Under the pieces are notes generated by a model. The model worked only from the letters and a program-made list of their open reading frames with translations, searched no databases and had not been told where the DNA came from. Below, in pieces: positions 46,733 through 56,114 of a stretch of DNA of 64,000 nt. Location of the stretch: NCBI GenBank assembly GCA_964438425.1, contig CAYTKM010000001.1, positions 590,603 to 654,602 on the forward strand. Direction: 5' to 3'. The number at the start of each line of letters is the position of its first letter. Position 1 is the first letter of the stretch. This DNA is from an uncultured Gammaproteobacteria bacterium (GTDB lineage: Bacteria > Cyanobacteriota > Vampirovibrionia > LMEP-6097). Made by a program: the position numbers and the translations under genes.

Positions 46733-48463
46733 TTAAGCTCCTACTTTATCAGCATGAACTAGTAAAGTCGGTCGTTTACCAATCTGCTGTCGAATTATCT
46801 TTTCCATATAGTTTTTAACTACTTTTTCGCACTCGTTTAAATTAGTATTAGGGTTGTGTGTAAATAACTCTTCAACTGAATCAATAATAGGCTGAGTGTT
46901 CATCATACAAAAGGCACGCCACTCACGGTTTTTACTAAAAGTGCAGGCTTTAGAATTAAAAATAGGTCCGGCAATAATTTTATTTTTCTTATCAATCGTA
47001 AATGTAATCACTACTATGCCTTCTCTTGACATCAAGTCACGCTCATCGATCACTTCTCCGCTCACTTCATAGTGCACGCTAGAACTAAAGTAAATCTCTT
47101 TATTATCTACTTGATCAACGACTCTTAAAATGTCACCGTCAAACTCTACTTTATCACCATTTTCTAAAATTAAAATTGAGCCAGGATCAAAACTAGCTTC
47201 AACTGCAAGCTTCGCGTGCTGCACTAGATGTCTGGTTTCACCGATAGCTGGGATTAAGTATCTACTTTTAACTACGTTAAACATAAACTTCATCTCTTCA
47301 GTTAAAGCGTAAGATTCAACATTTATACCAGCATTGCGCCCACCGATTAATTTCACTTTCTTTAAAAACAACTGATCAGCAATCTGTGCCATCATACGCA
47401 CAGTACCTGGCGGCAAGTCAGCACTGTTAACTACGGTATCACCAGCTTTTAAACTAGCCTCAGCACTACGATCAAAAGCCAGCGCTTTTAAGCTATCAAT
47501 AGCCTGCATTTCAGGCGCGCTACTTAAAATAAGCACTTTATCATCATCGTAATTTTCAGTATCAAAAATATCAATAAACAGGTCATCTGGTACCTCTAAC
47601 ATGCCTAAATTACGCATTACTTTAAAGCTACGACGTACATGATAATTAAATAAAGCGATTTTTCGTCCATGTTTCAAAGCGATTTTCACCATGGTTTGTA
47701 AACGCAGAAAATTACAATTATAAGTATTGAAAAAGATCCTACCTGGAGCTGTTTTAACTATTTTAGTTAATGGTTCGATCAATTCAAGCTCAGATTTAGA
47801 GTAACCTTCTACTTCTACATTAGCTGAGCAAGCGATAAATAGATCAAATCTACGATCCATCTCAGTTTTATAATCGATATACTCGAAAAAGTGACCTAAA
47901 TCAAACTTACGTTTATCAACAGGGCTTTGGTCAAGCTTATATGAACTAGTATAAAATACTTTATTACCAGCAGCATTTACCATTAAGGCGTATGAATCAG
48001 AATACGGGCTGGTAATATGAAAAGGTACCACTTCAAAACCACCAATATGTAAAGAGATGCCAGTTTCAAAGTCAACCCACTCTATTTTATCGACTAATTT
48101 ATCGGGTAAGTCTAGTCTTATCATCTCTAAAGCTACTTTAGAGCCATAAACTTTTTTAAGATGTAACTTTTCGATGATATGAGTCGCCGCGCCAGCATGG
48201 TGCTCGTGAGTGTTAGTGATTAAAAGTGCTTTGATTTTATCGACCTTATCTTCTTTACATAAGAAGCGATAATCAGCTACACCATAATCTATACTAGGAT
48301 CATCATCACCGTAGTATTTTAAACCAGCATCGACTATTAAATATTCTGTTTCTTCAGGCTTTTGCTTATTAGACAGCTCAAACAGATGCATAGCCTTACC
48401 AATTTCATGTAAGCCACCTAAGGCAGTATATTTTAGACTAGTTTTAGATTGTTTGTTTGACAT
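46733..48463 (-). CDS. rnj: RNase J family protein with a degenerate catalytic site (probable pseudo-enzyme)
   Basis: LGGLHEIGKAM, YKLDQSPVD, beta-CASP and C-terminal MSREGIVVI / IRQQIGKRP are RNase J-like; HxHxDH reads NTHEHH. Confidence 0.8.
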   Translation of the reverse strand: MSNKQSKTSLKYTALGGLHEIGKAMHLFELSNKQKPEETEYLIVDAGLKYYGDDDPSIDYGVADYRFLCKEDKVDKIKALLITNTHEHHAGAATHIIEKLHLKKVYGSKVALEMIRLDLPDKLVDKIEWVDFETGISLHIGGFEVVPFHITSPYSDSYALMVNAAGNKVFYTSSYKLDQSPVDKRKFDLGHFFEYIDYKTEMDRRFDLFIACSANVEVEGYSKSELELIEPLTKIVKTAPGRIFFNTYNCNFLRLQTMVKIALKHGRKIALFNYHVRRSFKVMRNLGMLEVPDDLFIDIFDTENYDDDKVLILSSAPEMQAIDSLKALAFDRSAEASLKAGDTVVNSADLPPGTVRMMAQIADQLFLKKVKLIGGRNAGINVESYALTEEMKFMFNVVKSRYLIPAIGETRHLVQHAKLAVEASFDPGSILILENGDKVEFDGDILRVVDQVDNKEIYFSSSVHYEVSGEVIDERDLMSREGIVVITFTIDKKNKIIAGPIFNSKACTFSKNREWRAFCMMNTQPIIDSVEELFTHNPNTNLNECEKVVKNYMEKIIRQQIGKRPTLLVHADKVGA

Positions 48464-48514
48464 TAAAATTAAAGCTTTAGCTCCAAAGCTGACTAGCCTG
48501 ACTGAGCTAAATTA

Positions 48515-49684
48515 TTATTTTATCATTTGAACCAGTTCTTTAGTGTGACTTGTCATAAATTCATGATAAGCCTTCAATGAAGCGCCCATTTTAAAGTCAT
48601 AACCAAGCTTCGCAAGTGACATTTCAAGTGTACTTAAACCCATTAGCACATCGCGATCTGTAACGAAGCCTAAGTGACCAATTCTAAAGATTTTATCCTT
48701 AAGTTCTTTTTGACCGTTAGCAACTGTAATATGCCAGTCATTTTTAAAACCGGCACGTAGATCAGGAATACTGATACCCTCTGGAGCGTGAATCGCGGTT
48801 ATCGCTGCTGAAGCGCTACTATCCTCTGTTAAAAGCTTTAAGTCTAAAGCTTTTAAACCCGCGCGTAGTGAATCACGCAAGCGCGCGTGTCTCTTATGGA
48901 TGTTTTCTTTACCTTCAGCTTTCATTAGCTGCAAAGCATGCTCTAAAGCTACAATGTGACTGACATTTGGTGTCCATGGTGTCGTGTCGTTTTCAAGAGC
49001 CTTGCGCGCTTGCTGCCAGCAAAAGTAATAATTAGGTGTTTTGCATTCTGATTTAGCTTTTAGTGCTTCTTTAGAAACAAAGATAAAACTTAGACCTGGA
49101 GGAATCATAAAGCCTTTTTGTGAGCCTGAAACCAGTACATCGATACCAAGTTTATCCATTTCAAGTGGCATGCAACCTAAACTAGTTACTGCATCTACCA
49201 TCAGCAGCGCACCATGCTGTTTAATAATAGGAGCGAGCTCAACTAAATCATTAGCAGTGCCAGTGGAGGTTTCAGAGTGAGTAATGGTAACAGCTTTATA
49301 CTGTTTACTCGCTAAAGCAGCTTCCAAGTCAGCTTTTTGAATGCACTCACCAGGCTGCATTTTAATTACATCTTGCTCAGCGCCATATAGTTTAGCGATA
49401 TCAGCAAAACGCTGACCGAAAACACCAATGACCAGTGAAAGCACCTTATCACCTGGGTTAATAGTGTTAGCGATGCCTGCTTCCATAGCACCAGTGCCAC
49501 TTGCAGTATAAATATAGACATCGTTTTTAGTGCCAGCTAGATCTTTTAGCATTTGGTTGGCACTAACGAAAATTTTAGAAAATTCTTTGGAGCGATGACC
49601 GATCGGATGCTTGGCTAATTCAAGCAATACTGATTCGGGTACTGGAGTAGGTCCAGGTATCATTAGAAAATCTTTTTCCTGCAT
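48515..49684 (-). CDS. Class V aminotransferase (alanine-glyoxylate / serine-pyruvate family)
   Basis: LMIPGPTPVP, SGTGAMEA, THSETSTG, VDAVTSLG, SGSQKG (PLP Lys), FRIGHLG. Confidence 0.93.
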   Translation of the reverse strand: MQEKDFLMIPGPTPVPESVLLELAKHPIGHRSKEFSKIFVSANQMLKDLAGTKNDVYIYTASGTGAMEAGIANTINPGDKVLSLVIGVFGQRFADIAKLYGAEQDVIKMQPGECIQKADLEAALASKQYKAVTITHSETSTGTANDLVELAPIIKQHGALLMVDAVTSLGCMPLEMDKLGIDVLVSGSQKGFMIPPGLSFIFVSKEALKAKSECKTPNYYFCWQQARKALENDTTPWTPNVSHIVALEHALQLMKAEGKENIHKRHARLRDSLRAGLKALDLKLLTEDSSASAAITAIHAPEGISIPDLRAGFKNDWHITVANGQKELKDKIFRIGHLGFVTDRDVLMGLSTLEMSLAKLGYDFKMGASLKAYHEFMTSHTKELVQMIK

Positions 49685-49779
49685 TATGTAAGCTATTATA
49701 TCAAGATAAAAAAGCTCATCTTAACGAAATTGAAGATAATTTAATAAATCTTTATGATGCTTTTAGCTAAAATATTTGG

Positions 49780-50706
49780 ATGTCAGCAGCTAGTCTAAAG
49801 CGAGAGGTACAACTAAGAATCAGCGACCCGCGGATTTTGTTAAATGAATTTTTTGGCTATACATCTTTTATTACAGGTTTACTGACAGCTTTATTTCTAG
49901 TTTTAGGTAATGAGCAGATGTATCAGATTTTAAATCAGATCGTGCTGGCTTCATCTGGTTTGCAAAACATTCCGCTTTTAATGGTCTATATTCCCCAGTA
50001 CCGTCTCTTGCTAGTGACTGGTATTTTAGGTATCATCGTTACTAATTATTTTGCAACTAATCCTATCGGTAATGCTTTTAGGGAAGGATTATTTGTAGCG
50101 TTTGTCAAGCTGGATTATAGCTACGAAGCCTTAGTTAAGTATTACCCTGAAAAATATAAACCAGAGAAATCTTTTCTAAAAGGTTCACTATTAATTAAAA
50201 ACTTTTTTAAATATATAAGCTTAACAGTTGATGAAGCTATTAAGCGTAGTTTAGAAATGAGTTTAAAACTCTTAAAGGGTGATTTTAAAAGTCTAGTAAC
50301 TGATGCTGTGCGCTCACAATACTTTAGTAGTGTACTTAGAATTATTAGTGCTTCGCCTTTGTTTGCGATCGCAGCTATCGAAACGCTCGCTTACTTTAAC
50401 CTGGTTGAAAAAAGTCAAAGCTACGAGCAAATATCTCAGTACTGGACGACAGTTTCAGTAAGAGCACTTGCTTTTAGTAGTTTTATCGATGGTCTATCTA
50501 AGGTGGCTTTCGGTTTTATGCGTGAAAGCTTTATGATGAAACTGGGCGGAGTAATTTTCGCGCTTGCTCAGCTGTATCTAATGTTTATGGGTGAAAGTAG
50601 TTTGCAGTTAGTTATTCCACTATCACTTGCTGGTCTCGCTGCCTATCCGATTGTAGAAAGTGAGAGACTTAGAAAGTTAAGTTTAGAGCCGATAGCTGGT
50701 GAGTAA
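49780..50706 (+). CDS. Hypothetical integral membrane protein
   Basis: 308 aa with several hydrophobic helices; TAAAAT 6 nt before the ATG. Confidence 0.7.
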   Translation: MSAASLKREVQLRISDPRILLNEFFGYTSFITGLLTALFLVLGNEQMYQILNQIVLASSGLQNIPLLMVYIPQYRLLLVTGILGIIVTNYFATNPIGNAFREGLFVAFVKLDYSYEALVKYYPEKYKPEKSFLKGSLLIKNFFKYISLTVDEAIKRSLEMSLKLLKGDFKSLVTDAVRSQYFSSVLRIISASPLFAIAAIETLAYFNLVEKSQSYEQISQYWTTVSVRALAFSSFIDGLSKVAFGFMRESFMMKLGGVIFALAQLYLMFMGESSLQLVIPLSLAGLAAYPIVESERLRKLSLEPIAGE

Positions 50707-50906
50707 AGCTAGTTTTAGTTTAAGTTACTGCGGGCTCATATTAAAAGAGGCTTAAAAAAACTTTTCTTAGCTGGTATTAAATTTAGTAAAAAACCTTTAT
50801 CTCGCTTATCTAGGTAATTGTATGAAAATGAGCTAAGATTTGTCAAATCGATGATCTAGCTGGCATTAATTTGTTTAATCTAAGACTTAGCGATATTCAT
50901 TTTATA

Positions 50907-51015
50907 CTTCTATGAAATTTTCTAAAAAAGCCTAAAATCTGTAATTTTATTCTAAATTAGGCGCTAAATTATAAAATAATTCTAACTTTGGCATGAATTT
51001 AGAATTATTTTATAA
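50907..51015. repeat. 30-bp-period array of 19-bp palindromes (4 units, left arms of the first two degenerate)
   Basis: Right arms TTCTAAA 50919, TTCTAAA 50949, TTCTAAC 50979, TTATAAT 51009; full units at 50967 ATTATAA-aataa-TTCTAAC and 50997 TTTAGAA-ttatt-TTATAAT. Confidence 0.8.
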
Positions 51016-51254
51016 TTTATGTTTTTTTGCAAAGCTATTAAATGTGTGAACTTATAAACACTTTAGGTAAGCAGCACAGCGAGTTAAATAAAATATTTGA
51101 CTCTTAGCGCATCCTTAATCTTTAATTCATAATAAATCTAAGGATAAAACTTACTTAGGTATATAAAGTGCACTTGATAGTTCAAGCTGAGCACTTATCA
51201 TTAAAGTATCAACTTTTATGAAAGCCACATAAAAAGTAGGTTAAAATTAAAACT

Positions 51255-51521
51255 ATGAAAAAATCAATAATCTTAGTATCAGGTGTCTTAGCTTTAGGTT
51301 TGGTAATGTTCGGACCATTAAAAGCTGATGAAGTGAATTCATTAGATAGTATTACCGAAACTGTAGAAACTGAAACTACGCATAAGACTAGTCATCGTGA
51401 TGGTCATGACATGCACGAACATTCAGTAGAAACTAAGCATAAGCATAGTGTGAAAACTCATGAAGCCGATATGGCTGCTGACGTAGATGTTGAAGCTGAT
51501 GTCGATTTAGAAGACGAGTAA
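51255..51521 (+). CDS. Small secreted His-rich / acidic protein
   Basis: Signal peptide MKKSIILVSGVLALGLVMFGPLKA; THKTSHRDGHDMHEHSVETKHKHSVKTHE; acidic tail. Confidence 0.7.
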   Translation: MKKSIILVSGVLALGLVMFGPLKADEVNSLDSITETVETETTHKTSHRDGHDMHEHSVETKHKHSVKTHEADMAADVDVEADVDLEDE

Positions 51522-51576
51522 ACTTCTTAGCTAGCACTAAATTAAAAAAGCAGATAAGCTGTAATTAGATTATAAA

Positions 51577-53514
51577 ATGTATCTAGCTCCGCTTATATTT
51601 GCAATCGTCTATTATTTAGCAGCGCCAATTACTTTAAGCTATGTAAGTGGTCACGCGCTAGCACTATTAGTTAGTCTAACTCAGCTACATAAACTAAGCT
51701 CTAAATTAGTATTTTGGTTAGTATTTATTTTTACTAATCTTTTTTCAGCGCACTCTAGACTTAGTTTAGAGTACTTATTAATTATAAGTTCGATGCTGAT
51801 GATAGCTGATTCTAAATCATGGCTAAAGCTAAAATTTACTAAACAAATCACTGTATTGATTCTGTGTTTTAGTGCATTGTGGCTAGCAGATAATCTGAGG
51901 CATGTATATTATGAAAGAGGTAGCCTGGTAGTATGGTTACCTCTTTTTTTGGCTCTGTATTTAAATCAACCACTTTTTAAAGCTAAAGTGAGCGATCAGC
52001 AGGTTGCTGCTAATCAAGCTGACGCTAAAAATGAAACGGTTTTGCAAAAATGGTCTTTGTTTAAGATAGGAGAAGGATTTTTTAAAAGCGCTGCGAAGTT
52101 TTTACCTCAATTTAGACATATAATAAATTTTATTGCTGCTATTTTAAGTGTCATTAATAACAAAAAAACCACTTTAATCGCTTTTGGCGCTCATTTATAC
52201 TTAAATTATAAAAATAAATTTATAACTGGACTATTATTAATAAGCTTGCCAGCAGCTTTTTTCGTTAAAGATAGTTTAGCTAGATTCTGGAAAGTGTCGA
52301 TGGAAGCCAGGTTATATGTGTATCAAGCGGTTTTTAACGGTATTTTAGCTAAACCTTTAACTGGACACGGCTTTGGTACTTTTACTCTTGACTTTCCTAA
52401 ATATCGTTTGCATGCAGGGGCGTTTGGCACGCATGCTAGCGAGCAAGTCGGGCACGCGCATAATTTATGGTTGCATTTTGCTTTTGAGCTGGGAATGCTA
52501 GGGCTGGTATTAATGCTTGCTTTAAGTTATCTAGTATTCAAGCTTGAAAAAAAAGCCTTAGTACCTTTTTTAGTTATTACGCTGTTTGATATGCCACTTT
52601 CAGGCTTTAATCACTACGCTTTACTTGGCTTGATCCTAGCGCCTTTAATTTACCAAAAACTTTATTTAGCTGCTGGTTTAGGTGAAAATAGTGATGTTGC
52701 TAATTTAAAAAGTGAATCTGACTTCCGTGATGTGAAAGTAGCGGCTGATAGCAGTTATAGTGCTAATTTGAAAAGTGAGGCTAGCTTTAATACTTCTCAG
52801 AAATTAGCTAGTGATAGTAATAGCAGTGAGCTTAATAATAAAGTTTATATTAGAAACACTGTGGGTGTTACCGAAAAACAGCTATCAAGTACAGCAAATA
52901 GAGACCCAATTTTAAAATACTTATTTTATGATATTAGTCACTGGGGCTGGCATTTAAGATTTGCTTTAAAACTTAGTTTATATATAATCGCACTTTATAT
53001 TTTTATACCAAGTTTAATTGGGCACTTTTATTATGATGCTGGCAAGTTAAATCAGGCTTTAAGGTGGGATAGCCAGCAACCTTTATATTATTTTGCGCGC
53101 GCCTCGCGCGATCTTGAAAGTGCGCCGGCGCGCGCGCTAACAGATTTAAGGCATGCGGTAAAGCTGGCACCGAGCGTGCCTTATTTTCATGGTTTTTTAG
53201 CTGCGGCTGAACTTAAGGCTGGTACATTAATAGCAGCAGCTAGGCACAGTAAACTTGCCTTGAAACTAGGAGGACGTGATAGCTACTGGCTTTTACTTCA
53301 TGGTATTAGTCTGCAAGCTTTAGATAAAAAATCTCAAGCTGACTTTTATTTGAAAAAAGCTTTTAAAAAAGATATTCACCTAAAAGATGTACTAGCTAAC
53401 CCTAAGCTCGGTTCATATAAATTTATCGGCTCTAAAAAAGCTGATCCACGTATAGCAAGCTTTTACCGTCAGGGAGATAAAGTTTATCTGCCACTGCCGT
53501 ATATAGAACACTAA
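51577..53514 (+). CDS. O-antigen ligase (Wzy_C)-like membrane protein with C-terminal TPR
   Basis: Multi-TM; RLYVYQ...KPLTGHGFGTF...HAHNLWLHFAFELGMLGL; TPR-like tail (ALTDLRHAVKLAPSVPYFH). Confidence 0.75.
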   Translation: MYLAPLIFAIVYYLAAPITLSYVSGHALALLVSLTQLHKLSSKLVFWLVFIFTNLFSAHSRLSLEYLLIISSMLMIADSKSWLKLKFTKQITVLILCFSALWLADNLRHVYYERGSLVVWLPLFLALYLNQPLFKAKVSDQQVAANQADAKNETVLQKWSLFKIGEGFFKSAAKFLPQFRHIINFIAAILSVINNKKTTLIAFGAHLYLNYKNKFITGLLLISLPAAFFVKDSLARFWKVSMEARLYVYQAVFNGILAKPLTGHGFGTFTLDFPKYRLHAGAFGTHASEQVGHAHNLWLHFAFELGMLGLVLMLALSYLVFKLEKKALVPFLVITLFDMPLSGFNHYALLGLILAPLIYQKLYLAAGLGENSDVANLKSESDFRDVKVAADSSYSANLKSEASFNTSQKLASDSNSSELNNKVYIRNTVGVTEKQLSSTANRDPILKYLFYDISHWGWHLRFALKLSLYIIALYIFIPSLIGHFYYDAGKLNQALRWDSQQPLYYFARASRDLESAPARALTDLRHAVKLAPSVPYFHGFLAAAELKAGTLIAAARHSKLALKLGGRDSYWLLLHGISLQALDKKSQADFYLKKAFKKDIHLKDVLANPKLGSYKFIGSKKADPRIASFYRQGDKVYLPLPYIEH

Positions 53515-53646
53515 AACATAATAGCGCCATCGACGAATAAAAGTGCACAATAGAAAAACTAATTTTTCAGTCTTCGTTAAAAACAGTGCCGTTATCTAGG
53601 TTTAGGATGTAATAATCTAATAGCGTAAGCTTATTTAAAGTGTGGT

Positions 53647-54021
53647 TTAAGCTTTTTTAGTTTCATCAGGCTTTTGTTTACCAAATTCACTAACTACCTT
53701 TTTAAGTTCAGAAACTTCTTTAACTTCTTCAGGCGAAACTTGCAAACCTTGCTCTATAGCTTCAATATTATGATTTTCATTAATATTATACTTTTGCATA
53801 AATTGTTCCAGTGCTTTACTAGGCACAGCTAGCTCACTCATCTGATCTCTAAGTGTTTCTAGTAATTTTTTTTGCTGATCAAATCCAGTTTCAAGTTTTA
53901 AAACTTTATTTTCAAGCTTGGTTTGATCATGCTCGGTTTTTTTACTACTTTTTTTAATTAATGCAACAGATCCCAATAACGATAATAATGGCAAAGCGCC
54001 ATGAAAAATAATACCTTTCAT
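53647..54021 (-). CDS. Hypothetical membrane-anchored coiled-coil protein
   Basis: 124 aa, N-terminal hydrophobic stretch, SD GAGGGAG. Confidence 0.6.
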   Translation of the reverse strand: MKGIIFHGALPLLSLLGSVALIKKSSKKTEHDQTKLENKVLKLETGFDQQKKLLETLRDQMSELAVPSKALEQFMQKYNINENHNIEAIEQGLQVSPEEVKEVSELKKVVSEFGKQKPDETKKA

Positions 54022-54276
54022 ATAGATACTCCCTCTTTAAATATTTTGTACTCTTAATTCTAACTTAACCCAAAAGTAATTTGGTAAAGTTTTTTATCAC
54101 TAAAGATAACTGAAGTACCAGTTTTTTAAAGTGCTTTATGCTAAAGGCTATGATTCAACTTTTTAAGATAAGCCGGCTCATATAAGATGACAGCGAGTTT
54201 AGTATAATTTAATTTTTAAGTTAAATTTAAGATTAATGTATCTTATCGATGCCGTCTTAGAGGTTTACTAACTAAA

Positions 54277-55092
54277 TTATTTACCATCAAACATGTTTGT
54301 AATCATGTTTAAACCACCAACATTGTTATCGCGGGCACTAGCATTAGCATGTCCAGGCAATTTAATACGTGAAACAATCTGCGCAGCTAAGTTAGAAAAT
54401 GGCATAGACTGCAAGTAAATTTTACCTGGCCCTTTTAAGGTTGCTAAAAACAAACCTTCACCACCAAAGATCATACTGGAGATGCCGCGTACCATCTGGA
54501 TGTCATAACTAACACTAGGCTCAAAAGCGACTATCGCGCCAGTATCTACTTTTAAAACTTCACCAGGCTCTAAAGTTCTTTCATAAATTGCACCGCAGGC
54601 GTGCAAGAAAGCGAGTCCATCTCCTTTAAGTTTTTCTAAGATAAAACCTTCACCGCCAAATAGACCAGTTAAAATTTTCTTTTGAAAGGCAATGCCTACT
54701 GAAACACCTTTAGCAGCGCATAAAAAACTATCTCGCTGACATAAAATCTCACCACCCTGAGTTTTAAGATCTACCGGGATGATTTTTCCAGGATAAGGAG
54801 CTGCAAAAGATAGCTTTTTTTTACCAGAATTAGCTGAATTCTTAAAAACTGTAAAAAATAAACTCTCGCCAGCTACTAAGCGCTGTCCAGCACTCCACAA
54901 AGAGCCTAAAAAACCTTTATTTTGCTCGGAACCATCACCAAAAATGGTTTTCATTTCAATTCCATCATCCATAAACATCATGGCGCCAGCTTCAGCAACT
55001 ACACCCTCTTCGGGATCAAGCTCAACTTCTACAAATTGTAGGTCTGAGCCATGAATTTTATAATCAATTACATCAGCAGAAAGTGGATTCAT
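54277..55092 (-). CDS. TIGR00266 / AIM24 family protein
   Basis: IHGSDLQFVEVELDPEEGVVAEAGAM, LCQRDSFLCAAKGV, FGGEGFILEKL, FGGEGLFLATLKGPGKIYLQSMPF; ATG at 55092 preferred over the TTG at 55125. Confidence 0.92.
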   Translation of the reverse strand: MNPLSADVIDYKIHGSDLQFVEVELDPEEGVVAEAGAMMFMDDGIEMKTIFGDGSEQNKGFLGSLWSAGQRLVAGESLFFTVFKNSANSGKKKLSFAAPYPGKIIPVDLKTQGGEILCQRDSFLCAAKGVSVGIAFQKKILTGLFGGEGFILEKLKGDGLAFLHACGAIYERTLEPGEVLKVDTGAIVAFEPSVSYDIQMVRGISSMIFGGEGLFLATLKGPGKIYLQSMPFSNLAAQIVSRIKLPGHANASARDNNVGGLNMITNMFDGK

Positions 55093-55250
55093 ATCATTAA
55101 TTATGGAAGATTTTAGCTGCTGCAAGCAAGTTTATAGGTGATATTCTCAACTATTTTTTGTCTTATAAATTAAAACCTAGTGATAGTCACTGAAAAGCTG
55201 GATTATTAAAACTAACTTGGCTAGTAATATAATTCGACTTTATGATAATT

Positions 55251-55880
55251 CTAGTACTGAAGCTTACGAATCATGTCAGTATCTTCAAAACCTAAACCTC
55301 TATTTAGAAAAGCTTGGTTGCGATCTAAATCTTCTTTAGCCACTTTTTCGTTATTAGTATCGGCGATACGCGCAAAGTCAATATCGGCTGTGGCATTAGA
55401 TGTTAAATCCAGGTTTTGCACCTGATTTAAATATGCCTGTTTGTCTTTAAACTCTTGTTTACTGCTTTCCAGTTTATCAAGCTCAGCATTAAATCTAACT
55501 TCGAAATTATTCATCTCAGCTTCGTATTTACGAATTGTTTCTTGAGCTAAAGCCTGCTGCACGATAATATCCTGATTTTTAGAATTACCGACACCATGCA
55601 TACCGATATCAGTTTCTAAACCACTAAAGTCGTTTAAAGTAGCTTCTGCATTTGAAATTTTAGTCTCTGCTTGTACAAGATCACCTTGTTTATTTGAAGC
55701 TTCACTACTAATTTTAGTAATTTTATCCTTTTGTAGGTTTACTTGTAGATCTGCAACCTTAATTTTTAAGCTGTGTTTTTCATTATCACTAACTTTTTGA
55801 TGATCTAATCCTTTGTAAGCTTGTAAATTACTAAAACTTTGCTCTTTTCTGATTACTTCTGACTGACTTTTACTATCCAT
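55251..55880 (-). CDS. Hypothetical coiled-coil protein
   Basis: 209 aa, heptad-like Q/K/E/N-rich. Confidence 0.65.
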   Translation of the reverse strand: MDSKSQSEVIRKEQSFSNLQAYKGLDHQKVSDNEKHSLKIKVADLQVNLQKDKITKISSEASNKQGDLVQAETKISNAEATLNDFSGLETDIGMHGVGNSKNQDIIVQQALAQETIRKYEAEMNNFEVRFNAELDKLESSKQEFKDKQAYLNQVQNLDLTSNATADIDFARIADTNNEKVAKEDLDRNQAFLNRGLGFEDTDMIRKLQY

Positions 55881-56114
55881 TTACTCTAATTAAATATATG
55901 CTTTCATTGCTTGCTGATGATTTGCTTGATTTTAGCTGCTAATTTAATTGAAACACTCTAATAATGCTTAATTAGTTTAGCTTCTCTAAATAAAAACTAG
56001 TAAACCATTATTTATTTTCTTACAAACCTGAAATACATATTAACCTCTAACTTTAACTTATAGCATTTTTTTTAATTGTAAGTTAAGGTGGGATTAAATA
56101 ATTTTCAAAGCTAT

